From an uncultured Pelagibacteraceae bacterium (GTDB lineage: Bacteria; Pseudomonadota; Alphaproteobacteria; Pelagibacterales; AG-422-B15), in the NCBI GenBank assembly GCA_902524285.1, contig CABZCR010000001.1:81774-145773 (forward strand): a stretch of 64,000 bases of DNA. The letters run 5' to 3'. The notes beneath the pieces were generated by a model that worked only from the letters and a program-made list of their open reading frames with translations, was not told the DNA's origin and did no database searches. Within the stretch, counting starts at the first letter, position 1, and every line of letters begins with the position of its first letter. The position numbers were made by a program, and so were the translations under genes. Positions 1 to 9,644 of this stretch are shown here, piece after piece.

Positions 1-540
1 CAAATAAGAAGTATGTTAAAGCAAAAACCACCAATTCGATTAATTGCTCCTGGAAAAACGTTTAGATGTGATAATGATCAAACGCACTCTCCTATGTTCC
101 ATCAAGTTGAGGGTTTAGTAATAGATCAAGAAAGCAACATGAGCCACCTCAAAGGATGTTTAGAAATATTCCTCAAGACTTTTTTTGAGACTGATAAATT
201 AAATATGAGATTTCGACCTAGTCATTTCCCCTTTACTGAACCATCTGCAGAAGTTGATATTGGATACACTAAGAAAGGAAATCAATTAATTATTGGAGAG
301 GGTGAGGATTGGTTGGAAATTTTAGGGTGTGGAATGGTTCATCCAAACGTACTTGAAAATGTAAATATCAATGCAAATGAATATCAAGGTTATGCATTTG
401 GTATGGGTATAGAGAGGCTTGCAATGCTCAAATACGGAATTAGTGATTTGAGAACTTTCTTTGATAGTGATCTTAGATGGAATAAACATTATGGCTTTTC
501 ACCTTTGAACATACCTTCGATCATAGGAGACTTAAGCTAG
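1..540 (+). CDS. pheS: phenylalanine--tRNA ligase alpha subunit, C-terminal part (5' end outside window)
   Basis: The frame-1 ORF is open from base 1. The translation carries the class II PheRS-alpha core ([34 protein letters not shown]). The stop at 538-540 abuts the pheT ATG. Confidence 0.95.
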   Translation, partial: QIRSMLKQKPPIRLIAPGKTFRCDNDQTHSPMFHQVEGLVIDQESNMSHLKGCLEIFLKTFFETDKLNMRFRPSHFPFTEPSAEVDIGYTKKGNQLIIGEGEDWLEILGCGMVHPNVLENVNINANEYQGYAFGMGIERLAMLKYGISDLRTFFDSDLRWNKHYGFSPLNIPSIIGDLS

Positions 541-2928
541 ATGAAATTTAGTTATTCGTGGTTAACTGAGCATCTTAAGACAAATGCTCATTTCGAAGAA
601 ATTGAAAAGAAACTCACTTCTATCGGTCTTGAAGTTGAAGATATTCAAGACACAGGTAAAGCATACAAGGATTTTATTGTTGGACAGGTGCTTGAAGAAA
701 AAAAACATCCAAATGCGGATAAATTAAAACTATGCAAAGTTGATATTGGTAAGGAAAAGGTTGATGTAGTTTGTGGTGCACCAAATGTAGAGAAAGGCAT
801 GAAAGTGGTTTATGCGCCGGTTGGTTCAACTATTCCGGTTAATCAAATGAAAATTAAAGCTGCCAAGATTAGGGGAGTTGAGTCTTATGGAATGATGTGT
901 TCAGAATACGAGCTTGGTATCTCAAATGAGCACGACGGAATAATTCGACTTGAGGAAAAAGAAACTATTGGAACATCTTTTTCAGAGATTTATGGCCTTA
1001 ATGATATTGTAATAGAAATTGGTATCACTCCAAATCGACAAGATTGTCTAGGTGTAAAAGGAATAGCTCGAGATCTTGCTTCAGCTGGCATGGGGGAATT
1101 GTTAGAGAGAAAAATATCTAGAGAAAAAGGCTCCTTTAAATCACCAATTAAAATTGAAATACAAGATAATACAATATGCTCAGCCTTTGCTGGAAGATAT
1201 TTTAGAAATGTAAAGAATACTGAAAGCCCGGAATGGCTTAAAAATAAACTTAAGTCAATAGGTTTAAGGCCAATATCTGCGCTGGTAGATATAACTAATT
1301 TTGTAATGTATGACGAGAATCGCCCGCTTCACGTTTACGATGCAGATAAAATAGATGGCAAAATTATAGTACGTAAAGCAAATGATGGAGAAAGTTTCTT
1401 GGCGCTAGACGATAAAGATTATCACCTAAAAAATGGTATGTGCGTAATAGCGGATGAAAAAAAAGTACTAGGCTTAGGGGGAATCATGGGGGGCGAAAGT
1501 ACAGGTTGCAGTACTGAGACAAAGAACGTTTTACTTGAATCAGCCTTATTTGATGAGATTAATACAGCTAAAACGGGAAGAAACTTGTCAATTCTAAGTG
1601 ATGCAAGATATCGTTTTGAAAGAGGCATTGATCCAAATTCAACCTTAAAAGGAATAGACCTTGCAACACAATTAATTCTTGAAATATGTGGCGGTGAGTG
1701 CAGTGAGGTTGAGTTGGCTGGGAATATAAAAGAAAATAAAAATGAGGTGTCAACTTCTAGTAGTTATATTTCGAGAAGACTTGGTTTTGAAGTGTCTGAC
1801 AAAGAATTGATATCAATACTTAGTTCTTTAGGAATTGAAACGAGCCAAACAGGTGATGTTATCAAATGTTCAATACCTTCTTGGAGACAAGATATTCACG
1901 GGGAAGCTGACATAAGTGAAGAAGTTATTCGTATTAAAGGATATGAAAATATTCCGACAAGTAATATTAGACTAAAAAGTAAAATTAATAAAAATATCTT
2001 AAATTACGCACAAAAGAAGTTGATGAAAGCTAGACACTTTATTGCTTCAATTGAATATGATGAATTAGTAACATTTTCATTCACAGACTCAAAAAATTGT
2101 GAAGTATTTGGCGATATAAATAAATTAAAAATTGTAAATCCCATCTCAGAGGAGCTGGATATATTAAGACCTAATCTTCTGCCTAATCTTCTTCAAGCAA
2201 TTAAAAAAAATAAGAAAAGAAACTTTGACTCATTCTCGATCTTTGAGATAGGTAGTCAGTACAGATCAACATCTCCTGAGGATCAGCTGAACGTTGCATG
2301 TGGAATTAAATCTGGAATTAAGACAGAAAAGTCCTGGAAGAATATGCAGACGGAATTTGATATATATGACGTAAAACAAGATTTAACTTCCTTAATTGAC
2401 TATTTAATGCCAGGTAACAAAAAAATATCTGTCTCTAATGACTGTCCTTCCTGGTATCATCCAGGTAGATCTGGTTCGATAAAAATTAATAATTCGGTAA
2501 TTGCTGGATATTTTGGAGAGTTACATCCAAGAGTTGCAAATCAATTTAAGATTAAGAATAAAACAAATATATTTGAGTTATACCTTGATGAACTGCCAAA
2601 CATAGAAAAGAAAACTACCAACAAGCCTGTACTTAACTTAAGTGATTTTCAGATTGTCACAAGAGACTTTGCCTTTGTTATTGATAAAAAAGTAAAAAGC
2701 GAAGAAGTTGTTACTTCAGCCTTTAAGGTAGATAAGGAATTAATTAGAAATGTAGAAATCTTTGATTTATTTGAAGATGATAGTCTTGGAAAAGACAAAA
2801 AGTCTATTGCTATTAAGGTTACATTACAATCTAACGAAAAAACTCTTGCCGATAATGACATTTCTGAAATAAGTTCAAAATTAATTGAATCTGTGAAAAA
2901 GTCTACTTCCGGAACTGTTAGATCCTAA
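541..2928 (+). CDS. pheT: phenylalanine--tRNA ligase beta subunit
   Basis: 795 aa. It has an N-terminal tRNA-binding OB fold (HPNADKLKLCKVDIG), B3_4/B5-type middle region and a C-terminal anticodon-binding-like domain. It directly follows pheS. Confidence 0.95.
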   Translation: MKFSYSWLTEHLKTNAHFEEIEKKLTSIGLEVEDIQDTGKAYKDFIVGQVLEEKKHPNADKLKLCKVDIGKEKVDVVCGAPNVEKGMKVVYAPVGSTIPVNQMKIKAAKIRGVESYGMMCSEYELGISNEHDGIIRLEEKETIGTSFSEIYGLNDIVIEIGITPNRQDCLGVKGIARDLASAGMGELLERKISREKGSFKSPIKIEIQDNTICSAFAGRYFRNVKNTESPEWLKNKLKSIGLRPISALVDITNFVMYDENRPLHVYDADKIDGKIIVRKANDGESFLALDDKDYHLKNGMCVIADEKKVLGLGGIMGGESTGCSTETKNVLLESALFDEINTAKTGRNLSILSDARYRFERGIDPNSTLKGIDLATQLILEICGGECSEVELAGNIKENKNEVSTSSSYISRRLGFEVSDKELISILSSLGIETSQTGDVIKCSIPSWRQDIHGEADISEEVIRIKGYENIPTSNIRLKSKINKNILNYAQKKLMKARHFIASIEYDELVTFSFTDSKNCEVFGDINKLKIVNPISEELDILRPNLLPNLLQAIKKNKKRNFDSFSIFEIGSQYRSTSPEDQLNVACGIKSGIKTEKSWKNMQTEFDIYDVKQDLTSLIDYLMPGNKKISVSNDCPSWYHPGRSGSIKINNSVIAGYFGELHPRVANQFKIKNKTNIFELYLDELPNIEKKTTNKPVLNLSDFQIVTRDFAFVIDKKVKSEEVVTSAFKVDKELIRNVEIFDLFEDDSLGKDKKSIAIKVTLQSNEKTLADNDISEISSKLIESVKKSTSGTVRS

Positions 2929-2940
2929 ATTAAAAATATT

Positions 2941-4740
2941 ATGACTGGCACTAAAAACATAAGAAATTTTTCTATTATAGCTCATATTGATCATGGAAAA
3001 TCTACTTTAGCTGACAGATTGATTCAATTTTGTGGAGGGCTTTCTGAAAGAGAAATGAAAGCACAGGTGCTTGACTCTATGGATATTGAAAGAGAACGTG
3101 GAATAACAATCAAGGCTCAAACTGTACAATTAAAATACAAAGCAAAAAATGGCGAAACGTACACACTAAATATTATTGATACACCTGGCCATGTTGACTT
3201 CAGCTATGAAGTTAACAGATCATTATCTGCTTGCGAGGGATCGCTATTGGTTGTTGATGCAAGTCAGGGTGTTGAAGCTCAAACATTAGCTAATTTATAT
3301 CAAGCTGTAGAAAATGATCATGTAATTATACCTGTTTTAAATAAAATAGATTTACCAGCAGCGGATCCCGAGAGAGTAAAAAAACAGATAGAAGATATTT
3401 TAGGTATTGATACCAGTAATGTAATTGAAATTTCTGCTAAATCAGGTCTCGGCATTGAAGAAGTCTTAGAAAATATTGTAAAGGAATTACCATCTCCTGT
3501 AGGTGATGAAAGTAAACAATTAAAAGCAATGTTAGTAGATAGTTGGTATGATGCCTACCTGGGTGTTGTGATATTGGTTCGTGTGATAGATGGAGTTCTA
3601 AAAAAGGGTATGGAGGTTCGTTTTCATCAAACTAATACAAAACATTTAATAGAGAGAATTGGTTGTTTCACACCAAAAATGGTAGATAACGAGTTTATCA
3701 ATGCTGGTGAATTAGGTTTTATAACAGCTGCAATTAAAGAAGTGGCTCAAACTAAGGTTGGGGATACAATACTACTAGCTAACGATAAACAAACAGAGCC
3801 TTTACCTGGATTCAAGCCAAGTCAGCCTGTGGTATTTTGTGGTTTATTCCCAACAAATGCAGCTGATTTTAAATTCTTGAAAGATGCATTAGCGAAGTTA
3901 AAGCTTAATGACTCCAGTTTTCATTTCGAACAAGAAACCTCAGCAGCTCTTGGAATGGGTTTTAGATGTGGTTTCCTTGGATTATTACACTTAGAAATTA
4001 TTGTTGAAAGACTTGATAGAGAATTTAATTTAGATTTAATAACTACAGCTCCAAGCGTTATTTATAATTTAGTTTTAAATGATGGGAGCTCACTTGAATT
4101 ACATAATCCAGCAGATATGCCTGAAGTTATGAACATTAAAAGCATCTCTGAGCCTTGGATTAAAGCAACAATTATTTGTCCCGATGAATATTTAGGCAGT
4201 ATCATATCTCTCTGTGAAGATAAGAGAGGTATACAAACAGAATTATCTTATTCTGGATCAAGAGTAATTCTAAATTATAAATTGCCTTTAAATGAAATTG
4301 TTTTTGATTTTTACGATCGCTTGAAGTCAATTTCTAGTGGATATGCAAGTTTTGATTATGAAATTGATGAGTATATTGAAAGTGATTTGGTAAGACTGAG
4401 TATATTAGTAAATGATGAATCAGTAGATGCACTATCTATCATTGTTCACAGAAGTTTTTCTGAAAAAAAAGGTCGAGCAGTCTGCGAAAAATTAAAAGAA
4501 TTAATTCCTCGTCATCAATTCCATATTCCAATCCAGGCAGCAATTGGTGGAAAAATTATTGCTCGCGAAACTGTCAGAGGATACCGTAAAAATGTTATTG
4601 AGAGAATACATGGTGGTGGAGCTACAGACAGAAAAAGAAAATTACTTGATAAGCAGAAAAAGGGAAAACAGAGACTTAGAACTTACGGTAAGGTCGATAT
4701 TCCTCAGGAAGCCTTTATTGCTGCTTTAAAAGTTGAATAA
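2941..4740 (+). CDS. lepA: elongation factor 4 (LepA)
   Basis: 599 aa. GTPase motifs [17 protein letters not shown] and NKIDL are present, along with a LepA-type C-terminal domain. Confidence 0.95.
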   Translation: MTGTKNIRNFSIIAHIDHGKSTLADRLIQFCGGLSEREMKAQVLDSMDIERERGITIKAQTVQLKYKAKNGETYTLNIIDTPGHVDFSYEVNRSLSACEGSLLVVDASQGVEAQTLANLYQAVENDHVIIPVLNKIDLPAADPERVKKQIEDILGIDTSNVIEISAKSGLGIEEVLENIVKELPSPVGDESKQLKAMLVDSWYDAYLGVVILVRVIDGVLKKGMEVRFHQTNTKHLIERIGCFTPKMVDNEFINAGELGFITAAIKEVAQTKVGDTILLANDKQTEPLPGFKPSQPVVFCGLFPTNAADFKFLKDALAKLKLNDSSFHFEQETSAALGMGFRCGFLGLLHLEIIVERLDREFNLDLITTAPSVIYNLVLNDGSSLELHNPADMPEVMNIKSISEPWIKATIICPDEYLGSIISLCEDKRGIQTELSYSGSRVILNYKLPLNEIVFDFYDRLKSISSGYASFDYEIDEYIESDLVRLSILVNDESVDALSIIVHRSFSEKKGRAVCEKLKELIPRHQFHIPIQAAIGGKIIARETVRGYRKNVIERIHGGGATDRKRKLLDKQKKGKQRLRTYGKVDIPQEAFIAALKVE

Positions 4741-4830
4741 GGAAAGGTGGCCGAGTGGTTGAAGGCGCACGCTTGGAAAGCGTGTATGCGGGTGACCGTA
4801 TCGTGGGTTCGAATCCCATCCTTTCCGCCA
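4741..4830 (+). tRNA. tRNA-Ser (anticodon GGA)
   Basis: 90-nt cloverleaf. Acceptor stem GGAAAGG/CCTTTCC; anticodon stem CACGC/GCGTG with loop TTGGAAA; long variable arm; T-loop GGTTCGAATCC; encoded CCA. It is a GC-rich island in AT-rich DNA. Confidence 0.93.
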
Positions 4831-4870
4831 TTTTAAAGTTATTTTCATTGAAAAATTTTTCTATAATCTG

Positions 4871-5893
4871 ATGGCTATGAATTTAGATAAATTTGAGAAA
4901 TATTCACTTACTTTTGGTCCCACCCCAATAGAATATTTGCCTCGTTTAACTGAAGCAATAGGAGCTGATGTTGAAATATACGCCAAAAGAGATGACTGTA
5001 ATTCAGGTCTGGCTATGGGTGGGAATAAATTAAGAAAACTAGAATACATAGTTCCAGACGCTATTGCATCCGGAGCTGATACATTAGTTTCTATTGGTGG
5101 TGTTCAATCTAACCATACAAGAATGGTAGCTGCAACTGCAGCTAAAATTGGAATGAAATGTGTTGTTGTTCAAGAAAGTTGGGTTCCTCATGAAGATGCA
5201 GTTTATGATCGTGTTGGTAATATTTTAATGACGCGTTTGATGGGAGCAGATAGCAGGTTAGTTCCAGATGGTTTTGATATTGGGATTAGGAAAAGTTGGG
5301 AAGAAGCAATTCAATCCGTGAAAGATAGCGGTGGTAAGCCTTATGCAATTCCAGCTGGGGCATCTGTGCATAAATATGGTGGACTGGGATACGTAGGATT
5401 CGCTGAAGAAGTTCGAACACAAGAAAAAGAGATGTCATTAAAATTTGATTACATCATAGTGTGTGTAGTTACTGGCTCAACTCAGGCAGGGATGATCGTT
5501 GGGTTCGCAGAAGATGACCGTGCACACAGAGTTATAGGTATTGATGGATCGGGCACACCAGATAAATTAGCTAAGCAAGTGAGAGAAATTGTAGATAATA
5601 CAGCTGAATTAGTAGAACTTGGAAGAACAATTAGAGATGATGAAATAATAATAATTCCAGACTATGCATATCCAGCATATGGAGTTCCTAGTGAAGAAAC
5701 TAATGAGGCTATTCGTATGGCAGCAAAAACTGAAGCCATGATTACTGATCCTGTTTATGAGGGCAAATCTATGCAAGGAATGATTGATTTAGCGAGGAAA
5801 GGTTACTTTAAAAAAGGATCTAAAATACTCTATGCTCATCTTGGAGGAGTTCCAGCTATTAATGGCTACTCATATACCTACCGTAATGGATAA
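4871..5893 (+). CDS. acdS: 1-aminocyclopropane-1-carboxylate deaminase / D-cysteine desulfhydrase family PLP enzyme (ACC-deaminase-type residue set)
   Basis: 340 aa. It resembles characterised AcdS along the whole length: [10 protein letters not shown] (PLP lysine), [26 protein letters not shown]. Confidence 0.8.
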   Translation: MAMNLDKFEKYSLTFGPTPIEYLPRLTEAIGADVEIYAKRDDCNSGLAMGGNKLRKLEYIVPDAIASGADTLVSIGGVQSNHTRMVAATAAKIGMKCVVVQESWVPHEDAVYDRVGNILMTRLMGADSRLVPDGFDIGIRKSWEEAIQSVKDSGGKPYAIPAGASVHKYGGLGYVGFAEEVRTQEKEMSLKFDYIIVCVVTGSTQAGMIVGFAEDDRAHRVIGIDGSGTPDKLAKQVREIVDNTAELVELGRTIRDDEIIIIPDYAYPAYGVPSEETNEAIRMAAKTEAMITDPVYEGKSMQGMIDLARKGYFKKGSKILYAHLGGVPAINGYSYTYRNG

Positions 5894-5966
5894 ATTCATT
5901 TAAAGTCCAGCGGTAATTAGACTTATCGTTTCAAGTACAAGCTATAAAACAAGTATTTTTCCTAAG

Positions 5967-7760
5967 TTAATTACCAAGTGCAATTCCCTCACGTCTAGGG
6001 TCTGAGCCTCCATAAATTTCAGTATCAATGAATATTCCATTCAGGCCTGAATAATATTTTCTTATTTTGGTATCGTATCCCATATCCTTTAGAGAGTTCT
6101 CAAGGTTTGAAGAGTACAAAGATTCTTCTATTTCAAATTTCCCCCATCTATTAATAGCATGAGGATGAGAGACTGCTTCTTGAATATTCATATCCCATTC
6201 TAGTAATGAGATAATTGAATTGACTACAAAGTTGATAATATTGCTACCTCCAGGTGAACCAATAATTATTATCGGTTTTCCATCTTCTAGTACTATAGTT
6301 GGTGCCATTGATGATCTAGGTCTCTTTCCAGGCTCTAATCTATTTGCAATCAGCTTACCATCAGCTTTTTCATTAAATGAAAAATCCGTTAGTTGATTAT
6401 TGAGTAAAAAACCACTTTCGGTCATTAATCTTGATCCAAATGCATTTTCAATTGATGATGTCATTGAGAGTGCATTTCCATACTGATCATAAATTGAAAT
6501 ATGTGTTGTAGATTGCAATTCTAATGAATTATCAAGTCCGTAATTATACACAACATCGTCAGATGGTTTACCTGAGACTATATTTTCAGTTTTAATTCCT
6601 ACTTTAATTTGATTTGATCTTTCAATCAAATAGTCATCACTTAAAAGACCAGACAAAGGCACATTGACATAGTCACTATCTGCTAAGTATCGATCGCGAT
6701 CAGCAAATGCTAAGCGAGTTGCATCTCCAATAATTTGCCATGTAAGAGGATTTGAGATGCCAAGAGATTTTAGATCATAAGGCTCTAAAATTTTAAGTAT
6801 TTGTGCGACCGCTACACCTCCAGATGATGGTGGGCCCATGCCACATATATCGTACATTTTATAATTTATACAAACCGGATCTCTTTCAATTACACGATAG
6901 CTACTCAAATCTTCAAATTCTAAGAAGCCCGGATTTTTACTATAGTTGTTTACTGTGCTTATTATGTCCTGCGCAATTGATCCTTTATAGAAATCATCAA
7001 TAGTATTATTAGCAATAATTTGCATTGTACTTGCATAAGCTGGATTTTTCAATATCTGCTTATGTCTTAAACTATTTCCGTTTGGTATAAAATATTCTTT
7101 TGTTTTTTCTATTTTGCTGAGTCTATCTTTATCTCTCTCAATAGATGAGGATAATTTTTTCGAAACTGAAAAACCATTTTTACTTAGAAAAATTGCATCA
7201 TCAAAAAGTTTTGTCCAATTTTGATTTCCCCATTTTCTTTGAGCTTCGTGCATTAACGCAAGAGTTCCGGGCGTACCTACTGATAGACCGCCTATGACAG
7301 CGTCAAAAAACTTCATTTTAGTTCCATCACTATTTTGAAATTGATTTGAAATTGAGTTTTGTGGTGCAGTCTCACGACCATCTAAAGTAATTATTTTACC
7401 TGTTACACCGTCATACCATAATAAGAAACTTCCCCCACCAATTCCAGAGGACTCTGGCTCAACTAAGCCTAACACAGATTGAGCTGCAACCATTGCATCT
7501 GCTGCTGTACCTCCAGATTGTAATATTTTTGCCCCAGCAGCTGAAGCGTAAGCGTTCGCTGTAACAATCATCCAGTTTTTACTTGATACGAATTTTCCAT
7601 TATCTTTTAGGTTAAGCGATTTTTGAATTTCTAATCTATCAAGTTCAACAGAGGTTCCAGCGAAGATCTCTGGAGGGATATCTTCAATATTCTCATCGGA
7701 ATATGAAGTTTGTAGGAAGAAAAATAATGCGAAAAACATTATCAAGATTTTTTTTCTCAT
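5967..7760 (-). CDS. ggt: gamma-glutamyltransferase
   Basis: GGT family throughout, including the autoprocessing region QSTTHISIYD. I trimmed the start from the ORF-track 7847 to the ATG at 7760, which yields signal peptide MRKKILIMFFALFFFLQTSYS. Confidence 0.9.
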   Translation of the reverse strand: MRKKILIMFFALFFFLQTSYSDENIEDIPPEIFAGTSVELDRLEIQKSLNLKDNGKFVSSKNWMIVTANAYASAAGAKILQSGGTAADAMVAAQSVLGLVEPESSGIGGGSFLLWYDGVTGKIITLDGRETAPQNSISNQFQNSDGTKMKFFDAVIGGLSVGTPGTLALMHEAQRKWGNQNWTKLFDDAIFLSKNGFSVSKKLSSSIERDKDRLSKIEKTKEYFIPNGNSLRHKQILKNPAYASTMQIIANNTIDDFYKGSIAQDIISTVNNYSKNPGFLEFEDLSSYRVIERDPVCINYKMYDICGMGPPSSGGVAVAQILKILEPYDLKSLGISNPLTWQIIGDATRLAFADRDRYLADSDYVNVPLSGLLSDDYLIERSNQIKVGIKTENIVSGKPSDDVVYNYGLDNSLELQSTTHISIYDQYGNALSMTSSIENAFGSRLMTESGFLLNNQLTDFSFNEKADGKLIANRLEPGKRPRSSMAPTIVLEDGKPIIIIGSPGGSNIINFVVNSIISLLEWDMNIQEAVSHPHAINRWGKFEIEESLYSSNLENSLKDMGYDTKIRKYYSGLNGIFIDTEIYGGSDPRREGIALGN

Positions 7761-7801
7761 AAGTACCCAATCAACATGTGAATTTGATAAATGTTCAGGC
7801 G

Positions 7802-7966
7802 CTATAGGCCTCCAGTGATAAGTCCAACCATTCCAAGTACAAGCCATAAGATTAACATTGTTCTTTCATTAAATGCTCTTGTACTTTCAATTTTCTTCAC
7901 CTGCTTATAAATCACCATAGATAAAAGCATTATCAAGACGAGAAGGTATATAATTGTAAATATCAT
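7802..7966 (-). CDS. possible small two-TM membrane protein (54 aa), below the ORF-track cutoff
   Basis: My translation is MIFTIIYLLVLIMLLSMVIYKQVKKIESTRAFNERTMLILWLVLGMVGLITGGL. It has two hydrophobic helices and lies just upstream of ggt on the same strand. There is no SD and no recognisable homology. Confidence 0.3.
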   Translation of the reverse strand: MIFTIIYLLVLIMLLSMVIYKQVKKIESTRAFNERTMLILWLVLGMVGLITGGL

Positions 7967-8012
7967 GTGATTTATAGTATCAATTCGACGTTGGAAGTAT
8001 ATAAATTAAAAC

Positions 8013-9215
8013 ATGCAGTTATTTAGACATTCTTATTCAACGTTAGTAATTATTGGAGGCTGCATACTCTTGCTTGTCTCATTCGGTATAAGGCATTCTT
8101 CTGGTCTTTATTTGATCCCCATTTCTGAACATATACAAACTGGTAGAGAAGTATTTGGGTTTGCCATTGCAATACAGTTTCTTATGATTGGCATCGGATC
8201 ACCAATTTTTGGTGCCATAGCAGATAAATATAGTTCATCAGTAGCTGGTCTATTAGGAGTAATTTTCTTTTTAATTGGACTTTACTTAATGTCGCTTGTT
8301 GAAGGTTCATTACTTCTTATAGTTTCACAAGTAATTTTTGGATTTGGATGCGCTGGATGTGGCACTGCTGTAATATTAGGAGCTGTTGGTAAAGCTGTAA
8401 CAGGCAAATACCAAACATTATCTCTAGGAGTCGTAATGGCTGCAGGCTCGCTAGGTCAATTTTTGATCGTTCCTCTTACAGGCTTCTTAATTGAAATGAG
8501 TGATTGGCAAAGATCAATTTTATATCTTTGTTTTATTTCACTCATTATGATTTTATTCTCCCTTGTCTTAACAAAGCATTCATCCAAAAGTGGAGAAGAT
8601 GATGAAGTTAATAGATCTTTAGCATCTGTCTTAAATGAAGCCTTTGCAAATAAGAGCTATGTCTTACTGACAATTGGTTTTTTTGTTTGTGGTTTTCATA
8701 TATCGTTTATAGCAACTCATCTACCTGCATACCTCGATGATTTATTTTTGCCCATGTGGATCGGTTCCTGGTCTTTAGCACTAATCGGTTTATTTAATGT
8801 AATAGGCACACTTGTTTTCGGTCACTTAGGTGACCTAAGGTCTAAAAAAAATCTCCTGGTAATTCTATACACTTTACGTGCCTTACTGTTCTTGGTATTT
8901 ATCTTTTTGCCTAAAACTGAAATTACAGTTTTAATTTTTGCATCACTTCTTGGGATACTATGGCTATCTACAGTGCCTCTTACCAGTGGAATTATATCAG
9001 TTATTTTTGGATCCAAGTATATGTCTATGCTATATGGGTTTACTTTCTTATCTCACCAAGTCGGTTCGTTTGTTGGGTCATGGTTTGGTGGTAGATTTTA
9101 CGATTACTATGGTTCTTATGATATTATGTGGTGGGCTTGTGTTATTTTAGGATTTGCATCTGCAATCGTTCATTTTCCAATAAAAGAATCACCACTGGTC
9201 AAAATGGCAAATTAA
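8013..9215 (+). CDS. MFS transporter
   Basis: 400 aa with about 12 hydrophobic segments in a 6+6 organisation around a central charged loop (KHSSKSGEDDEVNR). Confidence 0.85.
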   Translation: MQLFRHSYSTLVIIGGCILLLVSFGIRHSSGLYLIPISEHIQTGREVFGFAIAIQFLMIGIGSPIFGAIADKYSSSVAGLLGVIFFLIGLYLMSLVEGSLLLIVSQVIFGFGCAGCGTAVILGAVGKAVTGKYQTLSLGVVMAAGSLGQFLIVPLTGFLIEMSDWQRSILYLCFISLIMILFSLVLTKHSSKSGEDDEVNRSLASVLNEAFANKSYVLLTIGFFVCGFHISFIATHLPAYLDDLFLPMWIGSWSLALIGLFNVIGTLVFGHLGDLRSKKNLLVILYTLRALLFLVFIFLPKTEITVLIFASLLGILWLSTVPLTSGIISVIFGSKYMSMLYGFTFLSHQVGSFVGSWFGGRFYDYYGSYDIMWWACVILGFASAIVHFPIKESPLVKMAN

Positions 9216-9292
9216 ATCAATAGTTTAATTTTTAAACAAATATAAAAACACTATTATTTGATAAAGCTTTATTAGATAACTAATTAAATACT

Positions 9293-9517
9293 GTGCCTAA
9301 AAGTTCAAAAAAAAGATCATTAGTAAAGGCTCTTACCTGGAGAGTAACTGCAACAGCAGATACATTCTTAATAAGTTACTTAGTAATTTTAAAATCAGAT
9401 TTTTCAGTTCTTGAAACTGCTGGTTTAATTGCTGCATTGGAAGTTATTACAAAGATAACTATTTATTATTTTCATGAAAGAATATGGAATTCTTTATCTT
9501 GGGGTATGGAATCTTAA
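9293..9517 (+). CDS. DUF2061-type small membrane protein
   Basis: 74 aa with a GTG start. KALTWRVTATADTFLISYLV ... EVITKITIYYFHERIW matches the DUF2061 pattern as I remember it. Confidence 0.6.
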   Translation: MPKSSKKRSLVKALTWRVTATADTFLISYLVILKSDFSVLETAGLIAALEVITKITIYYFHERIWNSLSWGMES

Positions 9518-9561
9518 TTAAGTATTTTTTATTAAATATTGATTCTTATAGTAAAAACTAT

Positions 9562-9578
9562 TTATCCACTTATCCACA
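9562..9578 (+). promoter_or_regulatory. tandem DnaA-box-like sequence TTATCCAC-TTATCCACA
   Basis: 9570-9578 is a perfect TTATCCACA 9-mer. 9562-9570 is TTATCCACT (8/9). The two are head-to-tail and share one T, within AT-rich non-coding DNA. Confidence 0.45.
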
Positions 9579-9644
9579 TCGTATAAGGAGTTTTTTTAAT
9601 AAAACTTATTTAAAATATTTTTCCTTTTTGCTAATATTTTTTAT

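Noticed and set aside
7761-7847. N-terminal extensions in the ORF track: ggt to 7847, wHTH gene to 19362, rnpA to 42183, TPR gene from 20492, cytochrome c to 26250, hydroxylase to 20507, SDR to 55765, argF from 47707, lysK from 50819
   Set aside because: Internal ATGs give proper signal peptides, SD sequences or family-typical N-termini. The extensions translate AT-rich spacer or overlap neighbouring genes. For example, the rnpA extension overlaps rpmH.
9518-9640. Calling this AT-rich spacer the chromosomal replication origin
   Set aside because: I found only two adjacent DnaA boxes, no additional boxes, no obvious repeated AT-rich 13-mers and no CtrA sites. The usual alphaproteobacterial origin neighbours such as hemE are not here. 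The observation is kept as a finding but not called as oriC.
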